Shown in pieces: positions 38,991-50,055 of a stretch of 64,000 nt of DNA. The notes beneath the pieces were generated by a model, which was given only the letters and a program-made list of their open reading frames with translations, did no database searches and was not told the origin of the DNA. The translations under genes and the position numbers were made by a program. Position 1 is the first letter of the stretch. Each line of letters starts with the position of its first letter. This DNA comes from Paragordius varius (taxonomy: Eukaryota; Animalia; Nematomorpha). The stretch is from the NCBI GenBank assembly GCA_964247055.1, contig OZ176055.1, positions 9,920,001 through 9,984,000 of the forward strand, read 5' to 3'.

Positions 38991-39143
38991 AAGTTAAATA
39001 AGTATGGTAAAAAAAAGATTTTACGCCTCCGTATAATTTCAATTACTGTGAATATTTTGTGTTAATATCATAAGAAAAAAAGTGTAATCAACAAGATACA
39101 TATAAATCCTTAATATAAAATAATTCAAAAAATTAAACTAAAA

Positions 39144-39262
39144 AAGTTACGACACCTGGGATTCCCAGGCGGTCACCCATCCAAGTACTAACCAGGCTCA
39201 ACGTTACTTAACTTCGGTGTTCGGAAGGGAACCGGTGTTTTCAACGTGATATGGTCGTAACA
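39144..39262 (-). rRNA. 5S rRNA: 5S rRNA gene (copy 1)
   Basis: GTTACGACCATATCACGTTG...CCGAAGTTAAG...TTAGTACTTGGATGGGTGACCGCCTGGGAATCCCAGGTGTCGTAAC followed by a T-run terminator. Confidence 0.95.
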
Positions 39263-39924
39263 TGTAGGAAGAATACAATAGAAAAGTATGAATAGTAATT
39301 ACTGTATATTTGGTTTATTATGGATTCACTCTTGGATCAGAAATTAATTTTGTATGACTTTCAAATTTTGAAAATCGATTTCATGCCCATTCTCACTATT
39401 TAATTCGTTTTCGTCGTTAGCGCAAATAACATGATTGTATCAAGGTGTATCAAGAAAAGGGTGTAGCAGACCCATGTCGCCACTGTCCACAAAAGACGTC
39501 CCTTGCTGCCCCTCCAAACACCAGTCAATGGTGGTTCAGTGACAGCCGTCTAATTGCGTCGGGGGTCGGGTTGACTTCTAGGGATATAATGATAAGTTTA
39601 TATAAAGACATGTATGAAATAAAATGAAAATACATTTGGAATTTAAAAGTAAAATATATATAATCGATTATATCCTATACATCTATACTAATAGTTAATA
39701 TAGCTAATATTCTTTAAAATATAACGTATGGAAATTCTAGCTTAATTCAATCGAATGCATATTTATTATACTGTAACAGTATTTATCTTGTTTAATACGA
39801 TTTTATAAACCAATATTTAACCTAGTGGTATGTATGTTTTTAATCTATATATTTTTTTATAGTCTATAAATTCCAGTTGGTATTCATAAAGTGTCTGATA
39901 TTTAAATCAATTTTTCTCCTTTTA

Positions 39925-40090
39925 CAGTAGCGTATGCAGTAAAAGATTGTTAGTGCAAAATAATCTTAAAAAAACAGGGGGATATTATGGATATGTTTAT
40001 AAATAGGACTGAATGATAATTAATATATAAAAATTGCCCCCCTGTTTAAGATTATTTTGCACTAACAATCTTTTACTGCATACGCTACTG
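39925..40090. mobile_element. MITE with an approximately 43-bp near-perfect TIR cagtagcgtatgcagtaaaagattgttagtgcaaaataatctt
   Basis: TA on both sides. A second copy lies at 40339-40500. Confidence 0.9.
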
Positions 40091-40338
40091 TATATGATAA
40101 ATCTAACATTTATAGACCAATAATTTAAATTTTCATTAATCAATCTCTTAGCAAAAACAATTTTTTCCCTTTGTAAAAATACCGCATTCGTTATCTTTAA
40201 TCTATAAATTCCAGTTGTTAGTTGCCTTTATAAAACATTTAAAATTTCGCATTATAAATCTTTTTTTATTCTTACAAGCAAATTAACAGTAGCAAATGGT
40301 TAGAATTTAACATATTTTTAAATGACTTTTTTTATATA

Positions 40339-40500
40339 CAGTAGCGTATGCAGTAAAAGATTGTTAGTGCAAAATAATCTTAATAGGGGGATATTATGGA
40401 TATGTTTATAAATAGGACTTTAATATATGAAAATTGTCCCCCTGTTTTGTGTTCATTAAGATTATTTTGCACTAACAATCTTTTACTGCATACGCCACTG
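40339..40500. mobile_element. MITE, second copy of the 39925 family
   Basis: TA|cagtagcgtatgcag...ctgcatacgccactg|TA. Confidence 0.9.
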
Positions 40501-40627
40501 TAAATAATAAATGTGTAAAATCTAACAGTAGCAAATGGTTAAAATGTAACAAACTTTTTAGTGACTATTTTAAAAATAATAAATGTGTAAAATCTAAAGG
40601 ACATTTAAATAAAGTAAAATATAAAAA

Positions 40628-40940
40628 TGCTTATCTCTAAGTTACGCAGAGTAGATCAAGAGGGACTACGTTCAGCTTGGTCGTACCAACGAAACGTAAA
40701 CTTTCCCGTGCCTGTGTCAGTCTTTCCTCCTATGCGACTACAGCGGCACGCCCCACAGCGCTCCTATTATTATGCTAAAAAGCAAAGGCATACAAATGGG
40801 GAGCCTAAGTGAGTGCATATAGAGTGACACCTTAGACGAAGCGGTACACATCCCGCTAAGCTATAGACTATCCGGGAAAGATCGTTACATCAGCGTCATG
40901 CGGTCGTCCAACCAATACTGGCATGCGATACATTACAGTG
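40628..40940. other. Unidentified GC-rich non-coding island (candidate structured RNA, SINE or solo LTR)
   Basis: About 50% GC in a much more AT-rich background, no long ORF, and several local hairpins. Confidence 0.3.
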
Positions 40941-41939
40941 TTTGTTGAGAATATTTATTTATAGCCATAGTATTACCATTACAGTCATGTATGTTTAGAA
41001 TTGTCAGATATACGTTTTTATTTGATTTTACTTTGTTTTTAATTGTTTACAATAAATAAGCTAGTATTAATTTAATGCTTAAAAATGCGCATGTTGAAAG
41101 TTGACATATTAAACATTAAAACAATTAATAACAAATTATAATCATTTAAAAACAGATTTCTGTCAATTCTACATATACATGACTGTATTATAAAGTTTTT
41201 TAGGCAAGGAATATACAATGACAATGTTCGTAAGATCCAGTATAATAATTTTGATTCAATAAGCGTTCTTGTAGATAAGCTGTAATTAGGATTATCATAT
41301 CTTAAAAGTAGTGCATAAAGTTTAAGTGTTTTAGAAGCCAAAAAACTCGTTTTCCGATTTCCAGCGAATAAAAGTATATAGTCTGGTTGTGATTCATAAA
41401 TCCAAAAGTGACCGAATAAAATATCCAGGCGAAGAAGATCCCAAAGTTTACATCTAAAAGATAAGATTCAACCATAAGCAAAGTTCAAGGGGTATCATGA
41501 ACTTTCGAAACAGTTTGGAAAAAATGGTTACATGGTAGCATATATCAGTTGATTATGCGGCCGGGTGATTAAAAAAATATCTCCAGCAGACGAAAGTATT
41601 TAAAAATTTCAGATGAAAAAATGAAATTAGTCATATTTTGTGGTTTAAAAAAAAAAAAAATTTACAATTGTAAATATAATTTGATGATTAATTTTGTAAA
41701 TTGGCAACTCTCTATGTGGATAGTGGCGCTAAAAGTAAGGTCAGATTTTTTGAAGGAAAAAGCGGGACAAATCTGAGAAGGGGGGGTCATTGGGGGGTAC
41801 CAAAAATTTTTATACAAAAAATTTATTGTAATATTTATTTATTTTTAACACAAATACATTATAAATATAAAAAAATTTGTACCTTACAGGTTGTTTGTAC
41901 CTTATTCAATAAATTTACATGTGCACGAACACAGGGTGA

Positions 41940-42720
41940 AGTGATTGTGATATTCTAGAAAATAATAAAGACGATATCATCACAAAGTGCGCTGGGTGAT
42001 GCAAGAAGCGGCACAAAAAATATTTTTAACAATTAAGCGATAATCTTAATCAAAACATTATTGGCAGATACACAACGTTATTCAAACAGCTACTGATTTG
42101 TTACCCCTGGATGTGGAAAATATAGATGTTAAAATGCTTGGATATTGTAGAACTGTTGGTTAGCTCTTTTGCCAGCGATTGAAAGATTTATTAAAATGTG
42201 ATCTCCTAGAATCCTATTTCTTATCACAGGATAAAGGTGAAAATTCCAAGTCAAAAAAGGTTAGAAAATAATTTTATACCATTACCTAATCGCAATATTA
42301 TAAAGCATCCAGAAAAACAAGGCTCAAAGAATAGCCAGAATATTAAAATGTTTTATACAAACAGAAACGATTATTTGGAAGACAAGACGGTGCACAATGA
42401 CACTTTTTTTATGAGTCTCATTATTAAATAAATATATTGAATGAAAACTTATATTATGGACAACAGAAAAAAATACGTAGGATAGAAGTGGTTAAAATAA
42501 TCATTTTTCTACAATTATTTTCCATACAATAATATTTAAATTGTAGAATTTGCATTATCTTTACCTGAACCACTGCTATTGAACGCGTTTTTCCACAGTA
42601 AATTTAGTAAAGACACAGAATCAAATTTAAATGTTGAATAAAAGCCATTTTATGTGTTCAAATATAATTTATTATAAAGACTTATACAATATATTAAGTA
42701 ATTTTATTTTTAATATAAAA
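41940..42720 (+). pseudogene. Internally deleted hAT transposase fragment, inverted relative to the adjacent copy
   Basis: Segments such as gataatcttaatcaaaacattattgg, gatttgttacccctggatgtggaaaat and gaacgcgtttttccacagtaaat match the reverse complement of 42850-43990. Confidence 0.8.
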
Positions 42721-42744
42721 ACTTTATAAATATAGGAAAATATT

Positions 42745-45056
42745 TTATTCTTTAATATATTTTTTTGTTTGAGTGAATGCGTTTTAACAGATTGTCATTT
42801 TTTAAAATATTGTAGAAGTCTTCACAAGAATTTGTCAAATTATATTTGACAGATAAAACGGCCTTTAAAGTTTTAATTTAAATTTGATTTTTCCGATGTC
42901 CACACCTGATTTACTGTGGAAAAAACGCGCTCAGTAGCAGCGTTGGTTCCAGGTAAAGATAATGCGAATTCCACAATTTTTAAAATATTATTGCATGTAA
43001 TATAGTTGGCTTTTCAAAATGTGAAATATTTCCAACCATTTCTTTTCTACTGTGTATTTTTCTTTTGTCCATAATTTAAGTTTTTCATTATTAATATATC
43101 TTTTAACTAATGATACTTCAGAAAAAAGATCATTTTCTGAAAGATTACTTTTTGAAAATTTTTGGGAGCATATATAATCAAATGATTTTTGAACATTGCA
43201 CCAATTAAATTTTGATTTTAATGTTATCCAATGAAAATGATCAATTTCATTGAATTGCGTCGTCCAGTCTTCCAAATAATCTTTACAGTTTGTATATAAC
43301 ATTTTTATATGGTATAGGATATCTTGGCGATTTATTAAGCCTTGTTTTCCAAATTATTTATTATATTGCGGATGGTTAATGGTATAAAATCATTTTCTAA
43401 CCTTCTTGACATTGAAATTTCAGGTTACTAACTTCATTGGCTACTTCGATTGCCGAAATTTTGTCACCTTCTATAAATTTAATAACATTTTGAAAGAGAG
43501 AAGCTTGATTATGTAAGAATTCAAACCATATTTTTGGAGAATCACTTTCAAAAAACTTTTATAAATTTGTAGGACATTTGTCCTGTGATAAAAAAAAGAT
43601 TTATAATACATTTTTAAAATTCTTTCGATAGCTGGCATAAAAGCTAACCAACGAGTTTTACAATATCCAAGCATTTTTTGATATTGAACTTCTGCATTTG
43701 CACAGAATTTCTTAAGCTTTTCAACGCGTACCGTGTATATAAAAATAGGAATATATTTTAACAACTACATTTTCCACATCTAGGGGTAACAAATCAGCAG
43801 CTGTTTGAATAGTGTTGTGTATTATATGCGCTGCACACCCAACGCCAATAATGTTTTGATTAAGATTATCTGCTAATTTATGAATATTAATCGTTCCCCT
43901 CCTTGCTTTTCCACCGAAGTTCGTATTGGTGTTGTCAGCGCAATATGCGATAATTTTGTCTTTTAAATTATTTTTTTCTAGAATATGCATTATTGAAGTA
44001 AATATTATTTCGGAATTTTCACCGGGTAGAGAAATTGAATCTAAAATTTTAATTTTTACTCCGGTTTCTGAATAAAAATATCTTATTAAAGTGGGAGATA
44101 ATTTTGTTTCATGGTGATTTGATGCATCAGAGTATAGGGATAAGAAATCAATTTTCAGCAAATCTTTTTGTATTTCAGAAAATGCATGGCACATGTAAAT
44201 TTTATATGGAATAACGTGCGAATAACCTGTGAGTTACAGTCCATAGATCTAAAGGAATGATTGTGATTAACGGCGTGAAAAGATAACACGCCCTCATCTA
44301 GTGCCAAATTCTTTTTTCCTCTCCAAAGGCGTTTTTCGAAAATCGCTCATTTTGTAAGATGATGCCGCCATATCTAAACATTTTATTATATTTCTGTGTT
44401 TCCATATGCTTTGTAATATCATGCTTGCCGCCATGTGCTAGGGTGAATTCCCCCTCGCATATAAGACATTTAACAGATGATTCATTCTTTGTTTTTTTGA
44501 TAAAAGGCAAATCTTTCATTAATTCATCTATAACCTCTTTTTGTGCTCATATTTATAAACTACTATTACTATAATAAATATTATATTACCTTAATTTTCT
44601 GAAATAAACGTGTAAGGTACCGATTTGTGGTATTACTTTCTCTTTTTAATAATGTTGGCAAGTAATAAAACTAATATATTAGTATAATAAATATTATATT
44701 ACATTAATTTTCTGGAATAAATGTGTAAGGTACCGATTTGTGGTATCAATTTGTCTTTAATCTAGAGATTTGTGGTATTAACTTAGCTTTTTGATAATGA
44801 TGACAGTAGTAGTAGGAAGGAAAGTGTATAATCATTTAATATAAATTTTAAAAAAATAAATAATAATTTAAAAATAAAAAATTTTATTTTAAAATTTATA
44901 TAGAAATTAAAGATATTTAATGATAAAAAAACGGATAAAAAAATTTATTTGTATTAAAAAAAAATTTTTTTATATAATCGTTAAAAAGCGGGACATTTTA
45001 AAAACGTAGCGGGACGCGGGACAAAGTGTGAAAAAGCGGGACGTCTGGTCACCTTA
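42745..45056 (-). mobile_element. hAT transposon with a frameshifted transposase
   Basis: 5' TIR taaggtgaccagacgtcccgc with GCGGGAC subterminal repeats. BED-like finger (CLIC..HGGKHDITKH), core LYSDASNH..CADNTNTNFGG..GCAAHIIHN, TRWLA, and the dimerisation motif PGTNAATERVFS. The 3' TIR was not found. Confidence 0.88.
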
Positions 45057-46582
45057 ATCATGCGCCTAAAAGGCTAAAGAAAGCATGTATTTAAATTTGG
45101 ACAAAAATATTTTTCAAGATATTATTTATATTTTAAATGACCTTTTGGGGTTAATAACCACAAAAGATGAAGTGTCAGTATATAAGATTTATACGCATAT
45201 GTAGGAAACATTTTTAAAAAGGAGAATAATTTCATGAAAATTTAAAATATAATTAATTTTAAATAATAAAGCATTTTCTTAATAAATATATTTTTAATAA
45301 TCTTTAAAAAAATTTAACATTAATTATACAGGGTGATTTGAGTTCATAAAGAAAGGGAAATTTTGCCTTTAATAAAACGAAAGATAAAATCTTAATAAAT
45401 TGTAATAAAAAAATTTTTTTTTGGTATGGATTATTTTTAAGCTGCTCTGAATCAAAGGTTATATTATATTTATAAAGTTTAAACAACACATATTAAACAT
45501 TTAGCCAATCAGGGTTCATAGGTATTATAAAAAATTATTAATATTATAGATAAGACATCCTTTTCATATCCTATATATTTCAGTTATTAGTAGATGTTAA
45601 AAAAATTTGTTTGTATAAAAAGATTGTCAGTCCAGATAAAAATTTTATAATCTTTTAATTTTAACAATATGTCTGGAATAAAATTTGTCCGTTAGTTTAA
45701 AATTTTTATCCGAATAATTATTTTTACTGTATAATAAATTAAGATTCTCCTAAATAACTACAGTAAAAATTGAAATTATACGGACAAAAGGTAAAAATAT
45801 AAAGACATATCTCACACTAAAGGTATCGTTCTTTGAACACATTGTTAAGTCCCAAAACTTAGAATATTATCTAACGAGAGGTAAAGTGTAAGGCGAAAGA
45901 AAGTGCGGACATTGCCATATATGCTGGGAGAATATCTAACTCAGAACACTAACCTTATAGCTTTTACTTACAACAGAGCGAATTGGCCCACACATATCTA
46001 GGAACATGCTATAGATTGATAACGACTTTACCTTCATACAATACAATTTTTTTCTGACAGAAACCATACTTGTTAAATGTTGATTTTTTTAAATATACAT
46101 AGTATAAAATAGAGATGTAAATTGGTAACTTATCAATTTTTATTTAATTCATTTCAGATAAATAGAGGTAAAATAAGTATGGTTGTCTTTTAAAGTAAAG
46201 AGTCGTCTTTAAATGTTTACTCGTCCGTATAATTTCAATTTTTACCGTGAACAATTTGTATTAACATCATAAGAAAAAAAAGTAAAAAAAGGTTACGACA
46301 CCTGGGATTCCCAGGCGGTCACCCATCCAAGTACTAACCAGGCTCAACGTTGCTTAACTTCGGTGTTCGGAAGGGAACCGGTGCTTCCAACGTGATATGG
46401 TCGTAACATGTATGGTGTTTACAATAAAAAAGAATGTATAGTAAACCTGTATATTTGGTTTATTATAGATATAGATTCACAATGGCATCAGTTTAGTTAC
46501 TACTTATCTAAGACTTTCAAATTTTTATCTTATGCCTATTCTCATTATTTAATTCGTTTTCGCCGTTAGGATTTAACATGAT
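45057..46582. repeat. Copy 2 of the duplicated 5S-bearing block
   Basis: Collinear with 36768-39435 minus the Helitron. Begins immediately after the hAT TIR. Confidence 0.9.
46289..46408 (-). rRNA. 5S rRNA: 5S rRNA gene (copy 2)
   Basis: Same 5S sequence with about 3 substitutions (GGAAGCACCGG, TAAGCAACG) and a T-run terminator. Confidence 0.95.
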
Positions 46583-48603
46583 TTTCCGTAATATAATTTT
46601 TAATGATAAATTTGTGAATCGGAAAATCTCTGTGTAGACAGTGGTAAGGGGTAAGCCTGTCACACTCTTTTCTGGATAATTGGATATTCACTGCTATTTA
46701 TAATTATAAATTGTGTGATCATCCACAAAATATATATTACTAATTTTTATATAAACAGTCAATTTTTACCATAATATCTGATATAAAAAATATATTTAAT
46801 AACCATATAGTATAAAATATATATTAACTTAAAATAAACATACTCTACTTTCCATTGTGCATTAGAGATGAGAAAGATTCATTTTGTCATTGATCACACA
46901 TAAAATAATTTTTTAAAATAAGTTTTGGGGTAGTTTGCTATCACAGAGCTATTAGAATTGAATATCTCAAATAGTAGTTAACATCATTCACTTTTTTGTC
47001 CTAGTTAATATTGGGTTACTTTTTTATCCAGAGCTCAATTTGCCGGTTGCTTATTAATAACCTTGAATCCTGTACCACTAATCACCAATCGGAATTTAAC
47101 ATTCTATATTGATCCACCTTGTATGTATACTCTCCAAGTTGAAGTTTGAAGAGTTATGGAATAGCTAAGCGTCGTTTCCTTTTATTGTATCGAGTTCAGG
47201 GAGTTTCCTGGAACTCTCTCTCTGCTTTACATTTGGATAATCTCTAAAACAAACCTCTTAGTACTTGGGGATCACTAATCATAATTGTACTGAATGGTTT
47301 CCTTTTTAGTTTGGACAAAGACGTTTATTGCCTGTATAAATTGCTAGAAAGTTAAATTATTGCCAAATAGTATATACAAAAAAGGCAGCCTTATTGGCTT
47401 ATAGTTATTTTTTTTACTTTTTTCTATTATTAGCCCCAATAATAATTCTCTTTGCTGCATATGCTATTTGGGAACAATTAATAACTTTCTAGCAATATAT
47501 ATTTACTCATGCTGTATGTATATATATATATATACATCATTTACAGTTCAAATTCACCCTAAAATTGATTAAGTGTTTTTTAATAGAAATTACTTTTATT
47601 TTATAATATTTTTAAAATTTGAAATTCTGTTAAAATTTAATATGATGCTGAAAAAATAATAAACTATGTCGTAAAAATATATATTTCATATTAATGGTGC
47701 GTTATATTATCCCGAAAACACATAATTTATTTTTAGGGTGAATTTGAATTGTAAATGGTATATATAGAATATCAATTTGATTTGTAGAATGAACTTAAAA
47801 GAACATATAAATTTGATACATAATATATTTGACGCGTTATTTTTAATTTATCCTCACCATGCCAAACATTGATAAACTTTTCTGATTAGCAGTGATTTTT
47901 GAATTATCTGCAGCCACCAGTATAAACACTAAAATTAACAAAAAACACGTATATTAATTTGACATTTCATGATAAAAAGGGCTTTGCAAACGCTTAATAA
48001 TATATATATATATTAACTAACCGTATTTCAGCAAAATTAACAACTGTATAAACACGTAATTACTATTTCCTGTCTTCATAAATGCAATATATCGAAACAG
48101 ATAACTTCAGAAAAATTAAAATTTTATTAAATAATATAAAATATAAATAAATATCGCCGTGTTTATCAATTGAATTAGGCATATTTGATGATATATTCGT
48201 TTATATTAATGAGCTTAATAGTTTTACAAACTATAGATCAAAATTAAAAAAAGCACGCCCGAATGGTAATATAAGACAAGGCAGACCATATATATCATGA
48301 TTGGGAAAAAACCATAAGCCACGATCTTAACCTAACTCAATTACCAAAGAACTGTCTCGATAAGTTATTTCGCTTAAAAATTTGGTAACTAACAACTCCT
48401 GGAGAAACAACGAATTAATCGGCACATCAAAGCGGTCAAATCGGTTTTCTTTATTCAACTACCATTCAAGAAAAAACTCAACTCAATGGCACAATGCAAT
48501 TGTTTTAAACAATTTTATCAGAATTTCTTAATTGCGTATAAATCATTCATTTCCAATTTATCTATCCATATATATGCAATTCTTTAACTAAGAATATATC
48601 AGA

Positions 48604-49950
48604 TCAGTGATCGTCTTCATTTATCCCAGGGCAAGATTTTTCCATATCCGATGCATCTAAAACATAAAAAAATTCACAATCTTATGATATAAGATTCAAA
48701 TATTTATGCAAATTTATAATATAAATAAGGTTTATAATATAAAGAATCAAAATATCTAACAAAAAAGCGCAAAATCAACTTTTTTATATTTCAAATTTTT
48801 AATTTTAAAAATATAATAAAATTTAAATACTATGAAATGTTTAAATAGAGCAGTTAAATTAAATCATATGGGTTAAATTATTGACAACATATAGTAATAA
48901 AAGATATTATGAAATTACCATCAAACTGTATTCCACACCAATAACAGTAATGATAAGTGGTCCGTAAATACTCTAATACAATTTCCAAGCGTTCCAGCTA
49001 ATAAAATATAAAGTAAGGTTTTTAATTTAAATAAATAGCCCGTAAAATAAAAATATATTAGTGTGGTTCTTTTATTTTTAAAAAACGGTTAAATGTATAT
49101 TTTTAAATTCAAAATAAATTAAATAATAATATAAAATTTTATACTAAAATAATATTAATGAATAATTGAATTAACAAAAAAAGTAATTATAAAATGAGGT
49201 AATTGTTTTTTCTAAAAGGAAATTTTAAACGGTAATTTTTTTTCAAAAAATCGCCATTTTTAAAATATTTACTATTTCTTCCAAAATTATAGTTTGAGAG
49301 TTATTTTGTTCAGCATCAACATCACTGGACGCGTCATCAGAATTTGATTCTGAAATATTATCCTGACCATTAGCCAAATCTAAATCGAGTTTAATGGACT
49401 TAGCTTTTGAAAGAATGCTAGAATATTTTCGGATTTGATTTTGAGTCTTTTGCGATTCCGTAAATTTATCCAAAATATGTTTTTCATATTTTTGGCGATA
49501 TTCTAATCGAGCCGACTGAGTGCTCTGTCGAATAACTTTTTTTGAAATAAATCCCAAACATTTTTTATCGTTTTTAACGATGACATTAATTGGTTTTATA
49601 TTTGTGACATCTGATTTAGAAATATAAAAAAACTTGTTTTGCCTATGCCCTGAGTTGGATCATAACCCATTTTGGCTAAGAGTTTGAATCCTTTATTTTC
49701 TACATCGATTGGAGTTTCAAGACTTATTTTTCGATTTTCGGTTTCAATATCCCCTATACGTTTTCGCTTACTGTTGTTTGCTGTTAAGATTTTGTGCTTT
49801 TTAACCAATTCAAGTTGTCGCTTTTGAGTTTTGGTTAATAGAGTCGATGCCGAAACCCATAAAAATTAGGAAATAAAGTTTTACTTGTTGCTGTTGAACC
49901 AAAAATTTATCGGACATATAATCCTCCTCATCCTCGTCAGCTTGGCTCAT
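48604..49950 (-). CDS. GPATCH11: G-patch domain-containing protein 11
   Basis: MSQADEDEEDYMSDKF, G-patch ENKGFKLLAKMGYDPTQGIGK and C-terminal YLRTTYHYCYWCGIQF..CPG. Exons 49885-49950, 49634-49856 (or -49820), 49273-49610, 48919-48997 and 48604-48656. Confidence 0.9.
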
Positions 49951-50055
49951 TTTTTACAGGGAAAATATATTTTTAAGTTCTTTCAAAATCAACTACATAA
50001 TTTCAAACGAAAGTGTGCTTTTCATATGTGCGCAATATTATAGCGTTGAATTATT

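Larger units (their letters stand above)
36768..39435. repeat. Copy 1 of a duplicated block carrying 5S rRNA (interrupted by a Helitron)
   Basis: Collinear similarity to 45057-46582, from atcatgcgcctaaaaggctaaagaaagc through a MITE with a shared insert to the 5S gene and its upstream flank. Confidence 0.9.

Noticed and set aside
40795-40812. AGCCTAAG as a telomerase template for TTAGGC
   Set aside because: Only 8 nt, deep inside the island, probably base-paired, and the telomere repeat of this organism is unknown.
47030-47340. GC-richer segment with short open frames
   Set aside because: No splice chain or motif supports a gene.
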